DNA from: Zygnema circumcarinatum SAG 698-1b
Taxonomy: Eukaryota; Plantae; Zygnematophyceae
Assembly: GCA_037447605.1 (NCBI GenBank)
Contig: CM074808.1
Location: 4,092,001 to 4,156,000 of the forward strand
DNA: 64,000 nt
Direction: 5' to 3'
Part shown: positions 25,400-38,559 of the stretch, one piece after another
Layout of the letters: each line of letters starts with the position of its first letter
Numbering within the stretch: position 1 is the stretch's first letter
The notes under the pieces: generated by a model
What the model saw: only the letters and a program-made list of their open reading frames with translations
The model's database searches: none
Told to the model about the DNA's origin: nothing
Program-made: the position numbers and the translations under genes

Positions 25400-28120
25400 A
25401 TGGTCTTGTCTTCGGGCAAAAGTCAGGGCGCGGGACCGCAGGTGAAGCAAGAAAACGGCTATGGTGATGGAGGCATGTCGCCGTACGAGGGCTCGATGAC
25501 GAATGCGCCGCCTGCCCTCAGCAATGCAGGGACGCCCGCAGACCATCTTGGCGGGCAGCAACAGCTTCGTCATTTTCCGGTTCTCTCGCCGACATGGACA
25601 GTCGAGGAACTGCGGGTCCTGGAAGAGGGACTGTCAAAGTGAGCTTCCCACTAGGACCTTTTCCAATTTGTTTGTTCGAATTTGCTGAACCGGACAATCT
25701 GAGCGCTCATTATAAATGCTCATCCCTGACCTTACCTGCCCGCTGTTTCAGGTTAGAGTATGCAAGTTAGCAGGTGCAGCGTTTTTTTATTGTAGCGCAC
25801 CAGCCCGTTCGATTCTAACCTCGGTGCACCTTGATGGAGGTTTAATTATATAGTTGTTCTGTCATATAGTCGGGGCCTTAGCCATGGCTAGTTACTCTCA
25901 TTTGTGACCCGTTTCTCTTGGTTCCCATCAACCACCTTCTCAAGTTTTTAGTAGACCATTCTCCAACTTAGACATCCGAGGATTGTGTGAACTTGTCAAG
26001 TCCAGTTAACTCGGAACACACATCTCGTCATGTGAATCCCATTTCTATTTGACGAGCGCTGTTAGTCAGACAGCACAGATGACAGAGGAGAGAGCGCCTG
26101 TATAAGTTGAGGTTTCATTCACCCATTCAAAGCACCCATCAGAGTGGCTGTGAGAAGCTACCTCCCCCTCTGAATGCTCGCATTATTTATCTCCAGGGGC
26201 TCTAATACACTCGTTATTCCTCGTGGTTGTTGAAGGACTCAAATTTTCCGTTTCTGCTTGGCCGGGGCATCATTAGGTATCCTGCAGATCGGAACTCCAC
26301 CGTGTCGCGATATGTCATGATAGCAGCTACACTTCCAGACAAGATGACGAGGGATGTGGCTTTGAGATGTAAATGGATGATGGTCGGTATTCTCCCAGAA
26401 GCTGATGCCTTTTTCCCTCCTACTCCTTTCTGTAGTCTATTTGCCATCTTGCTCTCCCTCCCCTCTCCTCTGGATTCCCTATTTTCTGCATATCTCATCC
26501 CTCGATAAGCTTTTTAGACGATCCTTTTTCTCCGCTTCATTCGTCATTTATTGATGCTTTGTCTATTTTTTTAAACAGGCACATGGCTTATAGCTTTGTC
26601 AAAGTTCCACTTTTATGTCCTTTATTCGTCTGCTTAGTTCAACAAACCATATTTAGAGAAGGCGGAGTGTGGAACCCTAGCTGAAGTTGGAGTTTCTCAC
26701 CTTACTGAAGCGAGCCACTTTGCAGAAGAAAGAGAATGGGAAGCGAAAGCGAGAGGATACGGTCGGGAAGAAGGGCAAGGATAAGAAGGTGAAGGCCAAC
26801 ATCTGACCGTTGTCACTGCACTTACAAGGACAGTGAAAAGATAAGAGTTTGATGGTATTTGATCAAATGTTGACTTGTCATCATCGTTTTTCGGTTTCTC
26901 AGGAGACACTTGGTCATCTGGGAAGCTATTTCAAGTTTAAAAAAACAAAACAGGGAAAGGAGTTCTTCTCTACTTGGGACTTGAATTTCTCAATTCCCAG
27001 ACATTGTGGATTGGTGTGCATGGAAACGATGGATCAAGCCATTGCTTTGTTGATTGAAGTTTCTTTGTTCATGCTTCCGTGGGTGCAGTTCTCTCAGGAC
27101 AGAACAGAACAGAGCAGTAGGGGCACACTAGGACCGCCACCTCCGCGCCCGGGTTTATCTGTTTATAATCCTACTCCGACAGTGGAATTTGATGGCGTCA
27201 TAACCAATGAAGGTATGCCATTTGAAATCCTCTTCCCTTGTTTGTCAAGTTACAAAGAAAAGGAATCGTCATATTTTATAATCCGCCTAGGCTGATTTCT
27301 GTTTTTGGCCAGTCAGCTCTCACTGTCAATGAGCCGTTTGTAGACTGGAAGTCACACGCTGGAGAAGGACGTAGAACAAAAGATGTCCTATGACGACTAG
27401 ATGACTAGGGGAGCAGGGTTTTGCGTTCACATTAGCAGAGTATCTGTTGGTCTCAACTTTCGTTTAAGTGAATAGCAAATTATTACTCTGGCATGTTCTT
27501 GGATCACCTTGCCCGGTAACTGTTTGCCTGATTTTTTACCTTGCAGCTATAGGAGGCACCACTGGGGAACTTTTGGACCAGAACGCCCAGATATTGAGTC
27601 AAATAAAGGGAAATCTCGTAGTTCACAAGGTGTGTACAGGAATCACTTTCGCATAATGCGCACACAACCTCTGTTTGCAAGGAGGCGATTGATTGTTCCC
27701 CGCATACGCACACGCACACTCATCGTGGTATCTAGGGCTGGTTTGGTCGGCAGGTGCAAGAAAACAGTGACCTCTTTTTGGTTCTGAAAGATAACATATT
27801 GAACATCCTGAACGGGTGAGGGTTTGCTCTTTCACCCCCCACATGTTCGTTATCACCGGTCTGTGGAGTGACGGGGCGGATCCTTTTCTTTTCTAAACTG
27901 GATTTACTGACATGGCTCGGGCTCACTGTGAAGGAGAGTGACTGCCGCGAACCTACTGACGGCTCCATTTTTGCTGGTGTTTATGTCTGTCCGCAGAATG
28001 ACCAACATGCCGGGCATCATGAGCCAAATGCCGCCCTTGCCGGTGAAGCTGAATCTGGAGCTGGCCGGCCAGATCCTGCCCAAGGCTGGGGGGCAGCACG
28101 CGCACCATCACTCTCTGTAG
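25400..28120 (+). CDS. DRIF: DRIF-like protein (N-terminal MYB/SANT domain plus C-terminal DUF3755)
   Basis: Seven phase-consistent exons: WTVEELRVLEEGLSK|YPADRNSTVSRYVMIAATLPDKMTRDVALRCKWM|KKENGKRKRED.., AIGGTTGELLDQNAQILSQIKGNL, ENSDLFLVLKDNILNIL, MTNMPGIMSQMPPLPVKLNLELAGQILP (DUF3755 signature). Confidence 0.85.
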
Positions 28121-28531
28121 TGCTTGTGGCTCATGCGTGGAACGGACTCACGAAGATGACGATGAGGCTGCAGGGTGGCAGGCAATCCTGTGTTTGGCAC
28201 AGAGAATGCCGTCCACTTCATGGAGTGAATCTCATAGCTGTGGGTACCTAGTGGCAACGAGGGAAGACTGCTGGCTTCACACAGCTCTTGTGGGGGTTTT
28301 ATATATATATCGCCAATTAAAAAGTTATAACCATCGAGAACATTTGAACAAGGAAGAGGAAATATCCTTGCTTTGGTTTGCGGGTTGCAATTGAGATCAT
28401 TCAGTCACTTCGCTTTCTTTCAGTTGAGTCCGCAGCGACCTCCCTGCAGAAATTTGTCGTCGAAGCGTTACCGTGTGCAGCGAGGGAAACAAGAGCACCG
28501 CTCCGCCATCAGTGCCATCGCCGCCGCTTCA

Positions 28532-31500
28532 TCAGGACTGATCGTCAATCCCCGCGACAGCGAGCAGCTGCAGCTTGGCCATGTCCTGAGGCGAGACATG
28601 CGCGGAGGCGACCTGCTCCACTGGGAGGGAGCGGCGGGGCGGCGTACTGCTGCTCTCCTGCTGCTGTAGGAGGCGCTCCGCCACGACCACGGGAGCGCCG
28701 TCAGTCCTCGGGAGCGTGCCCGGATGCTTGCTCTTCACGTGGAACGAGAGGGAGTCGCTGCTGAAGCCCACTTCCTTTTGGCACACGTGGCACATGCGCG
28801 GATGCCGCCTACGGGGCTTCCACTCCGTGGGTGCGACTCCTCGCAGCTTTGCGTCCATCTCCACAAGGGTGCGCATGAAGCAATCGTTAGGCTGAGCGCG
28901 TGGATGTGCGGTCTTCAGAAGAGCCCAGGCTTCAGCAAACGTCATGCCTCTGCAGCATGAGCATAGGCGTGAGCGTGAGCGTGAGCATGAGCACGAGCAC
29001 GAACACGAACACGAGCACACGAGCCTGAGCCTGAGCCTGAGCACGAGCCTAAGTATGCGCGTGAGCGTGAGCATGAGCATGAGTCTAGCATGAGTGTCAG
29101 CATGTCCACAGATAAGTTCGTTGAAAGGATGAGATTGCCTTGGGCATTGCCGCAACCGAGTCTCCAGCAGGAAATTGGAATGGCAAAACTACAATTCAAG
29201 AAACAATCAAATGCATGGAGCCCTCATTTCTAGCATCTCTAATAGCGAAATCTCGCCCTTAAAGATCGCACAACAGAGCTGCGAGAGCTGTACAGGAATC
29301 GAAATGTAGAACCTTCCCGTTAGAAAAAAAATGACAAGAAACCTACCTTCGAAGCATGAGGTAGGCCAGCACGACGGATGCGCTTCGGCTTCTCCCTTCA
29401 AAGCAATGGATTAGAACCTTCCCACCGGTCTCACATGCCGAGTCAATGTATGCACATGCCTTGTCTAGGTGAATACTCAGTTCTTCAGTTTCGACGTCTT
29501 TAAGCTGCAAGGATGCAAACACAAGGGTACAGAATCAAAGTCAGCAATCGCGAATCATTTGAATGCAGTGCTCTCTTTCTATGCCAAAACTGAACCTCCA
29601 AAACAACCTCATTCGCCTGGCCCTTGTCAACGGTCAACTCGTCACTAGAGAGATAACACAACTTCACAACTTGGTGAGTTTGCGGCCTTCGACAATAAAG
29701 AATAAAAATCAGGTACTTCTGCAGGATGGGGAGTGATTCCCTCTCTCATAACGTCCATAATTGGCCTCGTGCCAGTAAATTAAAAGCCCACCAGCAAGTG
29801 CTAAAGGAAAGAGTTAACCAGTGGGTAACCAACTCACTGGAATGTCCAAATAACTGAAAATGCTTTCGTCTCGCTCATTTGAAGAATCGACTAAATCCAG
29901 AGGACAAAGGTTCAGAATCTTTGAAATGCCAATATGTTGCAAAGTTGCCATCGATCGAGCTGCAACAACACCTCCGATGAAGATGCCGGGCAGCACCTCT
30001 GACGGTCGTTCAGTCGCAGCACCCTCTAACACAAGAGCTGCTCTCTCCAATACATGCTCGAGCCTCACCTGGCACCGACACAGTGATTGACGAAACTGTC
30101 TGAGCCGTGCCAACACTGTCAACTCACGAATCCACGACACAACTCCGAACTGGCTTGCATAGACCGGAGCAGGGAGTGAATTCAGGATTTGAGGGCAAAC
30201 ACCAGGGGCAGTTTTTCCGCATCCGGAATCCGTTTATTGACCCAGAACCTACATGACGTGACACAACGAGTAATAGCATGAAATAGATTGTCTAACTCTC
30301 CTCTATACAAACACTATGAATAGGCATGACTGACTGAGAGATGCACACAATGAGGCTGGAAGCTATGACATGAAGAACAAGAGTTAACGAGATGCGACAG
30401 AGTTTTGAAGATTCAGTAGTGGGCGCATATATGCATCCAAGCAGTCTGACTGGCGAATGCCATTTTTACACTAATAACGCAGCTATCCACTTTCAAACTG
30501 AATAAGTTTGTAAGAGTCTCAGCTTTCTTGCTAAGAATCAACAAACTGTAGGTCAATCGACCTCTACCAGGATCAATAGTATGCCACAATTGCTTTCGGA
30601 TTGCCTCGCTTCTCTTTTTTTTCCTTCCACGTAAGTATCCTCCTTGCCTTCGTTGCCTGGTGCTTTCTCTGTGATGCTTACCTTGAGCTCATAGCTATCG
30701 ACGAGGCTATGCGTCCCCCCACCCTCCAGAAAGCCTGTGGTGAAGTTGTGTGCGTTGCATATCTTATGGCACTCCTCTCGAATGACTCCGTTCCACCACT
30801 CCAACTGCTCGCGAAGTTCGCTGTCCCCCTGTACGCTCTCCTTACAAAAGGATCGTGGTGAGTGCAAGTGACTCAAACCTGACTTTGGCTTTGGCTTTGC
30901 CCCAATGCGCATGATATGGGCATGCGTAAGTAGCTCTTTGACGGCAATATGCATGGCTGATCAGTTTAGGCTAGCGCAACATACTATCTGTGTGCCTTCT
31001 CTTCAAATAGCCATAGGTAGACAACTCAAGACTTACCTGTCCGTGCTGTCATAGTGCAACAGTTCTGATGTATTCGACCGCCTTCTTAGGTATTTCTTAA
31101 AGTTCTTTATTAGGGTCGGTCATGGCCTAATGGCGCAGATGCCTTTGGAATCATTGCTTTTGTCATCTCAGCAAATAAGTGGAGGGGGTCGACACACACA
31201 CCTTCACACTTCGATTTACTCCTCGGATTTTCATAGTGAGGCGCGACGGCAGGCTGCTGACCCCCTCGTACCACTTCTCCCTTGACGGGCTCGATTTCTG
31301 GCCAGAATCTTCGGTCGATCCTGAAGCAGCACAGCCCCCTTCCTCAGTCCTTCGCGAAGGACTTTCCTGCAATGAAACCGATTCACTTGCCACATTCTCA
31401 CCGGCTTCCTGGCAAGCAGGGACACCTCCTGCCCCATTTTCTTGGCCGGGCCTTGCTTCACCTCCCGAACTCGGCCGTGCTTCCCTGCTGCCACAAGAAA

Positions 31501-34500
31501 CAGCACCCGCGACCAGTTGGCTATCCCCTTGGCAGTTCCCTTTCTCAGTCCGCCCGCTTGGAAGACCACTTAAGTTGCTCTTCTCCTCGTACGCAGGATT
31601 GAGCTCGCCCACAGTTGTCTGACTGCTTCGAGACTTGTCCTCGCAGACTCCACTCCCTGTAACATCTGCACTGCCCTCGAATTGCAGCCTGGTGATGCGA
31701 GGTGGACTGCGATGCCAGTTATCTCTGATACTGCCCTTGGCTCGCACATCTCCACTCTGTGATGACGAGCTTTTGGAACTGCCAGACCCAGTTCGAGACT
31801 CGGACTGCTCAGGAGTCTTCTTCTTTACCCTGCTTGGCCCCGAGCTGGATGGACTTCGAGGTGGCAATTCTACTCTTCGCCCTCCCTTTACCTCACTGGG
31901 GCTGCCCGACTCGCTCTTCTCTTCTGCATCCTCTCCAGCGATCACATACGCGACAAAGGCACGAAGCATTTCATCAAGCTTTCTCTTCAATGCCACAAAC
32001 ATAACCTGCAGCTCCTGCAGATCTGCAACTGCCATCTTGAACCCTTCTTGAAATGCGCGCACTGCGGAGTCCTGGTCTACTGTCCGTTCCTCCCCAGCTG
32101 AAAGAAGAGAGGCTACAAGAACTTTTCCTTCATCTTTCGGTGAAACTTCCGCCTTACCCAGGTTTCCATCCGAAATCTCGTGCAGTACATTCGCTGCAAA
32201 CTTAGGGTCGTTCAGTAACAATTCTGCAAATTTTGCGTACTCATTTCGATCCTGAGCAGCCTGCATGGAAGGAGGTCTTCGACAGACTCCCGAATCAATG
32301 GCCACGACAATTCCCCCAACCAAGCCAACTTCAGGGCTTCTGCAACCTGTGCGTTCCTTTTCCCTCACACCGTCTGACAGGCCCTCCGCCTCCCCCGTCT
32401 GCTCCACTTCAGTGCCCTGCAATAGCGAGCCCTCATGCTGGCGAGACGAGCCCTTTAGCGGGGGGCGGTCCGCGTAGAGGAGGTTGCCGGGGTTGCCTCG
32501 CCAGCCCAACCGCCGGCAGGGGAGACGATCGGAGTTGCGGAGGAGGAGGTCGAGGAGGAGAACCCTCCCCAAGGATGTGCTCGTCTTCAAAGCTTCAAAG
32601 CTTTCACTAAAGGCCTTCGGACTTTTGAAGAGGGGCCTGCTGTGCACGTACCTGCGAAGAGAATTCTGCAGTTTAGTGCTCCCACTAGTATTCGACATGT
32701 ACGCTTGTTCTTTCTTCAGACGTTGCAGCCGTATCAGCAGGCATGCTCATGAACCTATCCACATCGTTAACGTAGCTCGTCTGACTTGAAAGAGTAAGGT
32801 CCTAAAGCAAAGCACACAGTGAGCAGCTATTAATTTCCAAAGTGCTCCAGAAGCATTTCTCACTCTTTCTGTTCAGTTCCTCATACCTCTTCCGGAGAGC
32901 CGTACATGTTTGACATGAAGCTGATATTCTGCTTCCCATGAATCTGATGTGTGTTCACCAGGAGGCAGGTTGGGGCAAGTCTGAGCGCACCCCATTACCA
33001 GGAAGCAGCGGCTCAGTCGCAGCGCCTCCACAAACTCCTCGCAGCATTTCTGCGCAGCCTCACTTCCCGCCGCCTTCCAGCGCTCGCCTGCGGCTACAGC
33101 GGCCTCTTCGGCAGCGCGGAATTCAGGACTGCCGCTGTGCACCACTCTCATCTGCACAATTGGAAGAGGGTGCTCTTAGCTCGATTGCCCTTCAGCGCAG
33201 AAGAGAGGTCCGGAAGGACGAGCAAGGACCACAGAGGCAACTTAAGCATAAAGGAAAGCAGAAAATAGGCAGTTATCAACAGGCAACGCCATTTATGGCA
33301 GACGAAGAAAGAGAGATGTGAGGACAGGACAAGATATTCCAAAGGCGGCAGAACAAGCACACCTGAGGAGTTGCCACGTGGAGGTAAATAATCATAATCC
33401 AATAGTAATAATAGTAATGCAAGTTCACTGCCCAAATTTTTAGACTGCGTAGCTAATCTGGTTGCAGGTTCATGCTGCAGTCATCAACGAAGAATCCTCC
33501 TTGCTGCTGACATTGCCTGATTGGAAAAGTGCGAAATACACCATTCCGCCAGAATTCACAGTCACCTGCATAGAATCCAGGAACAAAACATAAAGACTTA
33601 GCAGGAAAGCCTCCTCTAGGTCCACGCCGTGGCAGCGGCATGACACTCACAACCTACTAACGCATGCATGTCTCAAAGAAGTGGCAGTAGGCTCTTCAGA
33701 GAGTGGCTGATTTCGCTTTTTCAAAAAGCATTACTACATTGCACGGGGCGGGGCGGGGAGGCATCACCTCCATAGGACTTGCACAGCCCCCCTTCTCCTC
33801 CCCTCTGCCGCTGCTCTCAGAGTGCTCCGTGCGGTGGATGGCCTCCAAACGGCTCCACTGAAGGCAGGCCGGCGAGACATCCTGCTCGCGGGCCAGGGCA
33901 AGCTGATCCCACAAACTGGTCTCTGGGGGGGGTGCTTCATCTGCATCTAAAGCCTTCACTCCCTCTGAAATATTCCTGCACACGGTTCGCCAGGAATAGC
34001 CTCCTTACAGTACTCAAGACAAGCTTCAAATCTAGTCGACAAATTTCTCCTTTCATAGGTCGGAGTGAATATGCTCACTGAAACAATTTCGGTGCAAAGC
34101 CAATGCTTGCTCAATTCTCTTCTAAGTTCAGAGCATATACCAGAGCCGCATATTAAGCAGCGGGATATTGCTTGAAATAAGCCATGTGATGGCCAGTTTC
34201 CCCAACGTTTTTAGAAACCCTAAAAACCCCGACTTCACAGAGCAGCGTTCTAAATGCCGACATCACTCAAGAGAAGGTTGAAAGGTGAGAGGTAACGGAA
34301 GGTGTGCATCGTGTGAGAGTTACCCTGCAGAGGGTTGAAACTGAGCGCCCCCACCGCTAGGAGAATCGCAATCACTTCCCCTCCGTTGGGCCCTCCGCTT
34401 GCACTGAAGCCAGCCTTCCAGCACCCCCGCTATTCGGCCCTCGTTCACATCGCCAAACAACCCGACCGCCTGCAATATCACAGCTCCACTAGCGATCATG

Positions 34501-35835
34501 TTTTGTCACACAAGAAAGCTGGATTACCAGCTGCATATTATTAAAAGGAGCATTCAAAGAAGAAATATTTACAAGAGTTTAATATTTCTGCAGGAACACA
34601 ATCCAGAGCAGCATCCTGCTGTGAATGCTGCAACATGTGAGGAAAATCTGAAGTCACAAAGACACTTACGACGAAAAATTCGCGTGCAAACCCACTAAAA
34701 TGGACTGAATGGAAAGGTCCATTCAACATGTAGTTTTGCTCACGTACTCTCCATCTGACGCACAAGCTATCATCCGCACAACGCCTAGAGTCAATAATCC
34801 TTTGCAGGACTACTGGCTTCCTATATGTGAGGAGTAGCATAGGAGTGCACCTTGGCCTGCAGAACTGACGGGAGGTCCACCCCTACTGACTTGAAGGCCT
34901 CCTCTAAAGCGTGCTTTACGTCCACCTCCGCTTCTGTCTGCCACTGCTCAGACCGAAGAGTTCCAGACAGGAATTACATCAACAAAATCATTATGCTATG
35001 TGCCATTCAATCCAAAATATGGATGCCCAAAAGTACGGGATTTATGCAGGACAACAAGAAAGGCGGGAATATGGTCAGCTTCGTAGTTCAGTCAAACTGA
35101 GAAAAACACCAACAAGCGCAACAGCATATACATTGCATAAAATAAACATCCAAGCTTACGTATCAAAAAGCCATTTTCATTTGTACTCAAGCGCTCGGCA
35201 TTCCTGCTTTTCCTGTGCTTGGGCCATTTGCTATGCATGTGTAAGAGAGCGTTTGTGATAAAAAGCAGAGCTTTGGACATTTTTCTGTTTCCACGGCAGG
35301 ACAGTGCACCCGATGGTCCTTTATTCGTTGTGTGGACTTCTAACTAAAGGGATTCATTAAAATATTTAATCGCCACTATTATGCCGTTAGTTCACACGTC
35401 AACTACTTGATAGACTCATAAACTTCCCACAAACATTCTATACTCGGACTAATTGTACCATTTTTTCAAGTAAAACTTTACCTTCGTTTTTTTCTCTTCT
35501 TAATATCCTCTATGAACAGTGAAGAATGCCTCGAACACTTCGACGGCAAGTCGTGAACAGACGTGATTTCATAAGAGAGGCTTGATGCCATTAAGCGGAC
35601 TCTAACAGCTGCTAGGCACGCCGGGAGCAGCGCCTAATCAACGGCTTTTCCCGAAAGCGTACAGTCTCTTTAAGTCGCTTTCTCATTGACTTTCGGCCCC
35701 TGATCCGGCTTTCCTAACCCGTCCATTCTCCTTCAACAAGCTCCGCCCCAACCATCCCTCTCCTCGGCCCCCGGAAATGAGAGAGAGCGAGTGGAGTACC
35801 TGGTCTGGAGCGCAGGACGCCGCCATGGCTGCCAT
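28532..35835 (-). CDS. PHS1: PHS1-like atypical tubulin kinase / dual-specificity phosphatase; exon 5 (33565-33363) is disrupted, so possibly a pseudogene or kinase-dead allele
   Basis: Exons give SLWDQLA..IHRTEHS, VTVNSGGMVYFALF, ALRLSRCFLVM, LGRVLLLDLLLRNSDRLPCRRLGWRGNPGNLL, AIDSGVCRRPP, TGFLEG..DSYELKVRLEHVLER, the DSP motif VLIHCFEGRSRSASVVLAYLM and AQPNDCF..CHVCQKEVG. Exon 5 contains an in-frame TGA (33472-33470) and frameshifts. Confidence 0.9.
28955..29104. repeat. Degenerate hexamer repeat (GAGCRY family) abutting the last PHS1 splice acceptor
   Basis: gagcgt/gagcat/gagcac/gaacac/gagcct units in tandem over about 150 bp. Confidence 0.75.
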
Positions 35836-36123
35836 GGCCTCTCTCGCGCGCTGCCTCCCTCGCTGGCTGCCCGCCCGCCCGCGGCCCCCGCAGGCCGCCG
35901 CAACACGCCCGTGTTCTCTAGCATTGGGCACGCTGTTCCGGCCCGGCCCGGCCCGGCCCCTGGGGGGTCCCGGCAGGGAGGGAGGGGGGGCCTTCCCCTC
36001 GTCGTGCTCCGTGACGTGACCGCACAGAACTGTTAAACTCGGACCCAAAAAGAAATATAACACTTTTAATTAATTACAGTACGGAAAAGCGTGCGAAAAG
36101 TGCGATCAGCGCAGTACTGTAGG

Positions 36124-36550
36124 TAGGGTTGGGGGCACGGGGGCACGGGCATGCCCGGGGGGGGGGGGCATGCCCCCCATTTTTGACCGTCCGTGCCCGG
36201 GGCACGCCTCCAAAAATTTTCCCCATATATTTCGTGCCCCCCCGTGCCCCCTGTCACCTGACGCTTACCTCGTACGATCCTCAGTTTTGAGAGTTGTGTT
36301 GAGTACTGTCCGTACTTTTCATATTTTCCCGTACATTTGTACCTTGATTCGTACGTTTAGTACATTCATCTGTACTTTCCGTACCTTCATTCGTACCGTT
36401 TTTAAAATATTATATTCTTTTTGCCGGCCGATTTGAATTGCTCAATGCAGTCACGTCACGGGGCACGAAAAAGGGGCATGCCCCCCCCCCTTTGGGGGGG
36501 GGCACGTGCCCCTGGGCACGGGTCGGAGGGGGACCGTGCCCCCAACCCTA
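36124..36550. mobile_element. Non-autonomous hAT-type MITE (427 bp), about 290 bp upstream of the PHS1 ATG
   Basis: Perfect 17-bp TIR TAGGGTTGGGGGCACGG...CCGTGCCCCCAACCCTA, exact 8-bp TSD ACTGTAGG (36116-36123 and 36551-36558), and many subterminal GGCACG/CGTGCC repeats. Confidence 0.9.
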
Positions 36551-37089
36551 ACTGTAGGTCCCAGTCAGTACCGCGCTGGTTTGCGTGTTTCGGGTTTTCA
36601 GCCCTCGCCGGTTTTAATTTTCCTAGCCTTTCCGCGGGTCCGTCCCAGCATGCATGCATTCCCTCCACCGAATACCTGGCTCGCTCGCGCTTTCACCGTC
36701 CCCCCCCACCCTTCTGCGTCTCTCTCTCTCAGAAAACTGGTTGTATCCTGCGAGCCCGCCTCCCCGCTAAAGGCTGAAGCGGGGCTCCGCCTGCCGGGAA
36801 CGGGGGCTGCAGCGCATCGGCAGCCAGCAGGGGCTTCCCATTTTCCTGTCTCTGCGAATTTCTCTCATTCTTAGTGCACACAAACACAAAATGCCATGGG
36901 AGTTCTGCGATTCAACAAAACGAGTGCCACACTACCAACATGGCAGATTGCGCCACGGTTACTCAATTGAAGGCGTACAACCAGTGAACTTGTCGCCGAG
37001 AAAAACTATTTACACATTCAGTCAAGAATAGAGGGGGCTCTCACTAGAAATTACTATAGCAAACATGTGTGGTTTATTGGTGTAATATC

Positions 37090-37130
37090 AATAACCATTC
37101 GAAGAATTGTATTTTCCTCGAATGGTTATT
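37090..37130. terminator. Plastid stem-loop between convergent psbT and psbN (repeated in each full copy)
   Basis: 13-bp perfect inverted repeat AATAACCATTCGA / TCGAATGGTTATT with a 15-nt loop. Confidence 0.65.
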
Positions 37131-37148
37131 AAATGCAATCACCAAGAA

Positions 37149-37322
<174 letters not shown>

Positions 37323-37415
37323 TCAGTAATTGCATGTTCTAATTACGTTATGCGATTCTGATAAATATAATAGTACAGAAAGTCAACTAATCTCAACCAA
37401 TTGAAAAAAAAAATT

Positions 37416-37643
37416 ATGGCTACACAAACTATAAAACAAGCTTCTAATAGTAAAGGCAGAAAAACTAGTGTTGGGGATATACTAAAACCATTAAATTCTG
37501 AATATGGGAAAGTGGCTCCTGGTTGGGGCACTACAGTGCTTATGGCTGTATTTATGGCTTTATTTGCTGTGTTTTTGGTAATTATTTTAGAACTATATAA
37601 TGCATCAGTTATTCTAGACGGTATTGCAGTGAGTTGGCAATAA
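37416..37643 (+). CDS. psbH: Photosystem II subunit H, copy 1
   Basis: [55 protein letters not shown]. Confidence 0.96.
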   Translation: MATQTIKQASNSKGRKTSVGDILKPLNSEYGKVAPGWGTTVLMAVFMALFAVFLVIILELYNASVILDGIAVSWQ

Positions 37644-37705
37644 ATTCAATGAGTCTAGAATAATTCAAATGAATCATCATAAGACCTGAATAGTATAGAA
37701 ATTGT

Positions 37706-37760
37706 TCCTTGTGAGAGCTATTGGTGAACACTCAACATCCATTCCTGCTCTCACTAAGGA
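37706..37760 (+). terminator. Stem-loop downstream of psbH
   Basis: TCCTTGTGAGAGC ... GCTCTCACTAAGGA inverted repeat with a one-base bulge. Confidence 0.5.
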
Positions 37761-38004
37761 TCTAGATTGTTGCATAAAAACACTATCATAACATAATGTT
37801 GATGTACTTTGTGCGATGGCTAGCTTAACATAAATTTATATACATAAAATACAGTTATTTTTGATAGATACTTCTGTTATGCAGACGGAATCATGTGAAC
37901 TCAATGGTTAATAACATTTGACAATTCAATTTAGAAAAACATTATTTTGCTACATTGATTGTCTTGCTTGGTACTTGTCATTTTCAAGCTCACANNNNNN
38001 NNNN

Positions 38005-38161
38005 TTTTGCATTGTTGTTCTTCTTTGGACATCTTTGGCACGGTTCTAGAACCTTATTTAGAGACGTATTTGCGGGAATTGATCCTGATTTAGATTCACA
38101 AGTAGAATTTGGATTATTCCAGAAACTAGGAGACCCAACTACAAGAAAGCAAACTGTTTAA
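38005..38161 (+). CDS. psbB: psbB (CP47) C-terminal fragment, copy 1 (truncated by gap)
   Basis: [51 protein letters not shown]-stop. Confidence 0.93.
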
Positions 38162-38451
38162 TATATGGATTAGTAAATCAATATATTCAATGGTATGCAT
38201 ATTAACAATAATGAATCAATTTCATGGTATTTCTACTTAGTTCAATTGAATAAATTGTGTATTCACTATGAAAAACACAATTTGTAAGAATATCAAATCT
38301 GATAATACAATTCATTTTAGTATCAAAGTACAATTGTTGCAAAATACTATTGTTTTGTGATAGTTGATTTGAAAAGTCTTTAGGGAGTAACATATTTGCA
38401 TTACTCTTCGCCAGCACGCAAGATACCTTTACACATTTTAAAATTACATTT

Positions 38452-38559
38452 ATGGAAGCTTTGGTTTACACATTTCTCCTAGTAGGTACTCTAGGAATTA
38501 TCTTTTTTGCTATCTTTTTCAGAGAGCCGCCCAAAGTACCTGTAAAAGAAAAGAAATAA
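38452..38559 (+). CDS. psbT: Photosystem II subunit T, copy 1
   Basis: [35 protein letters not shown]-stop. Confidence 0.95.
   Translation: MEALVYTFLLVGTLGIIFFAIFFREPPKVPVKEKK

Noticed and set aside
37811-37994. GTGCG downstream of psbH, possibly the 5' end of a plastid group II intron
   Set aside because: I could not identify a matching exon, and the sequence is cut off by a gap.
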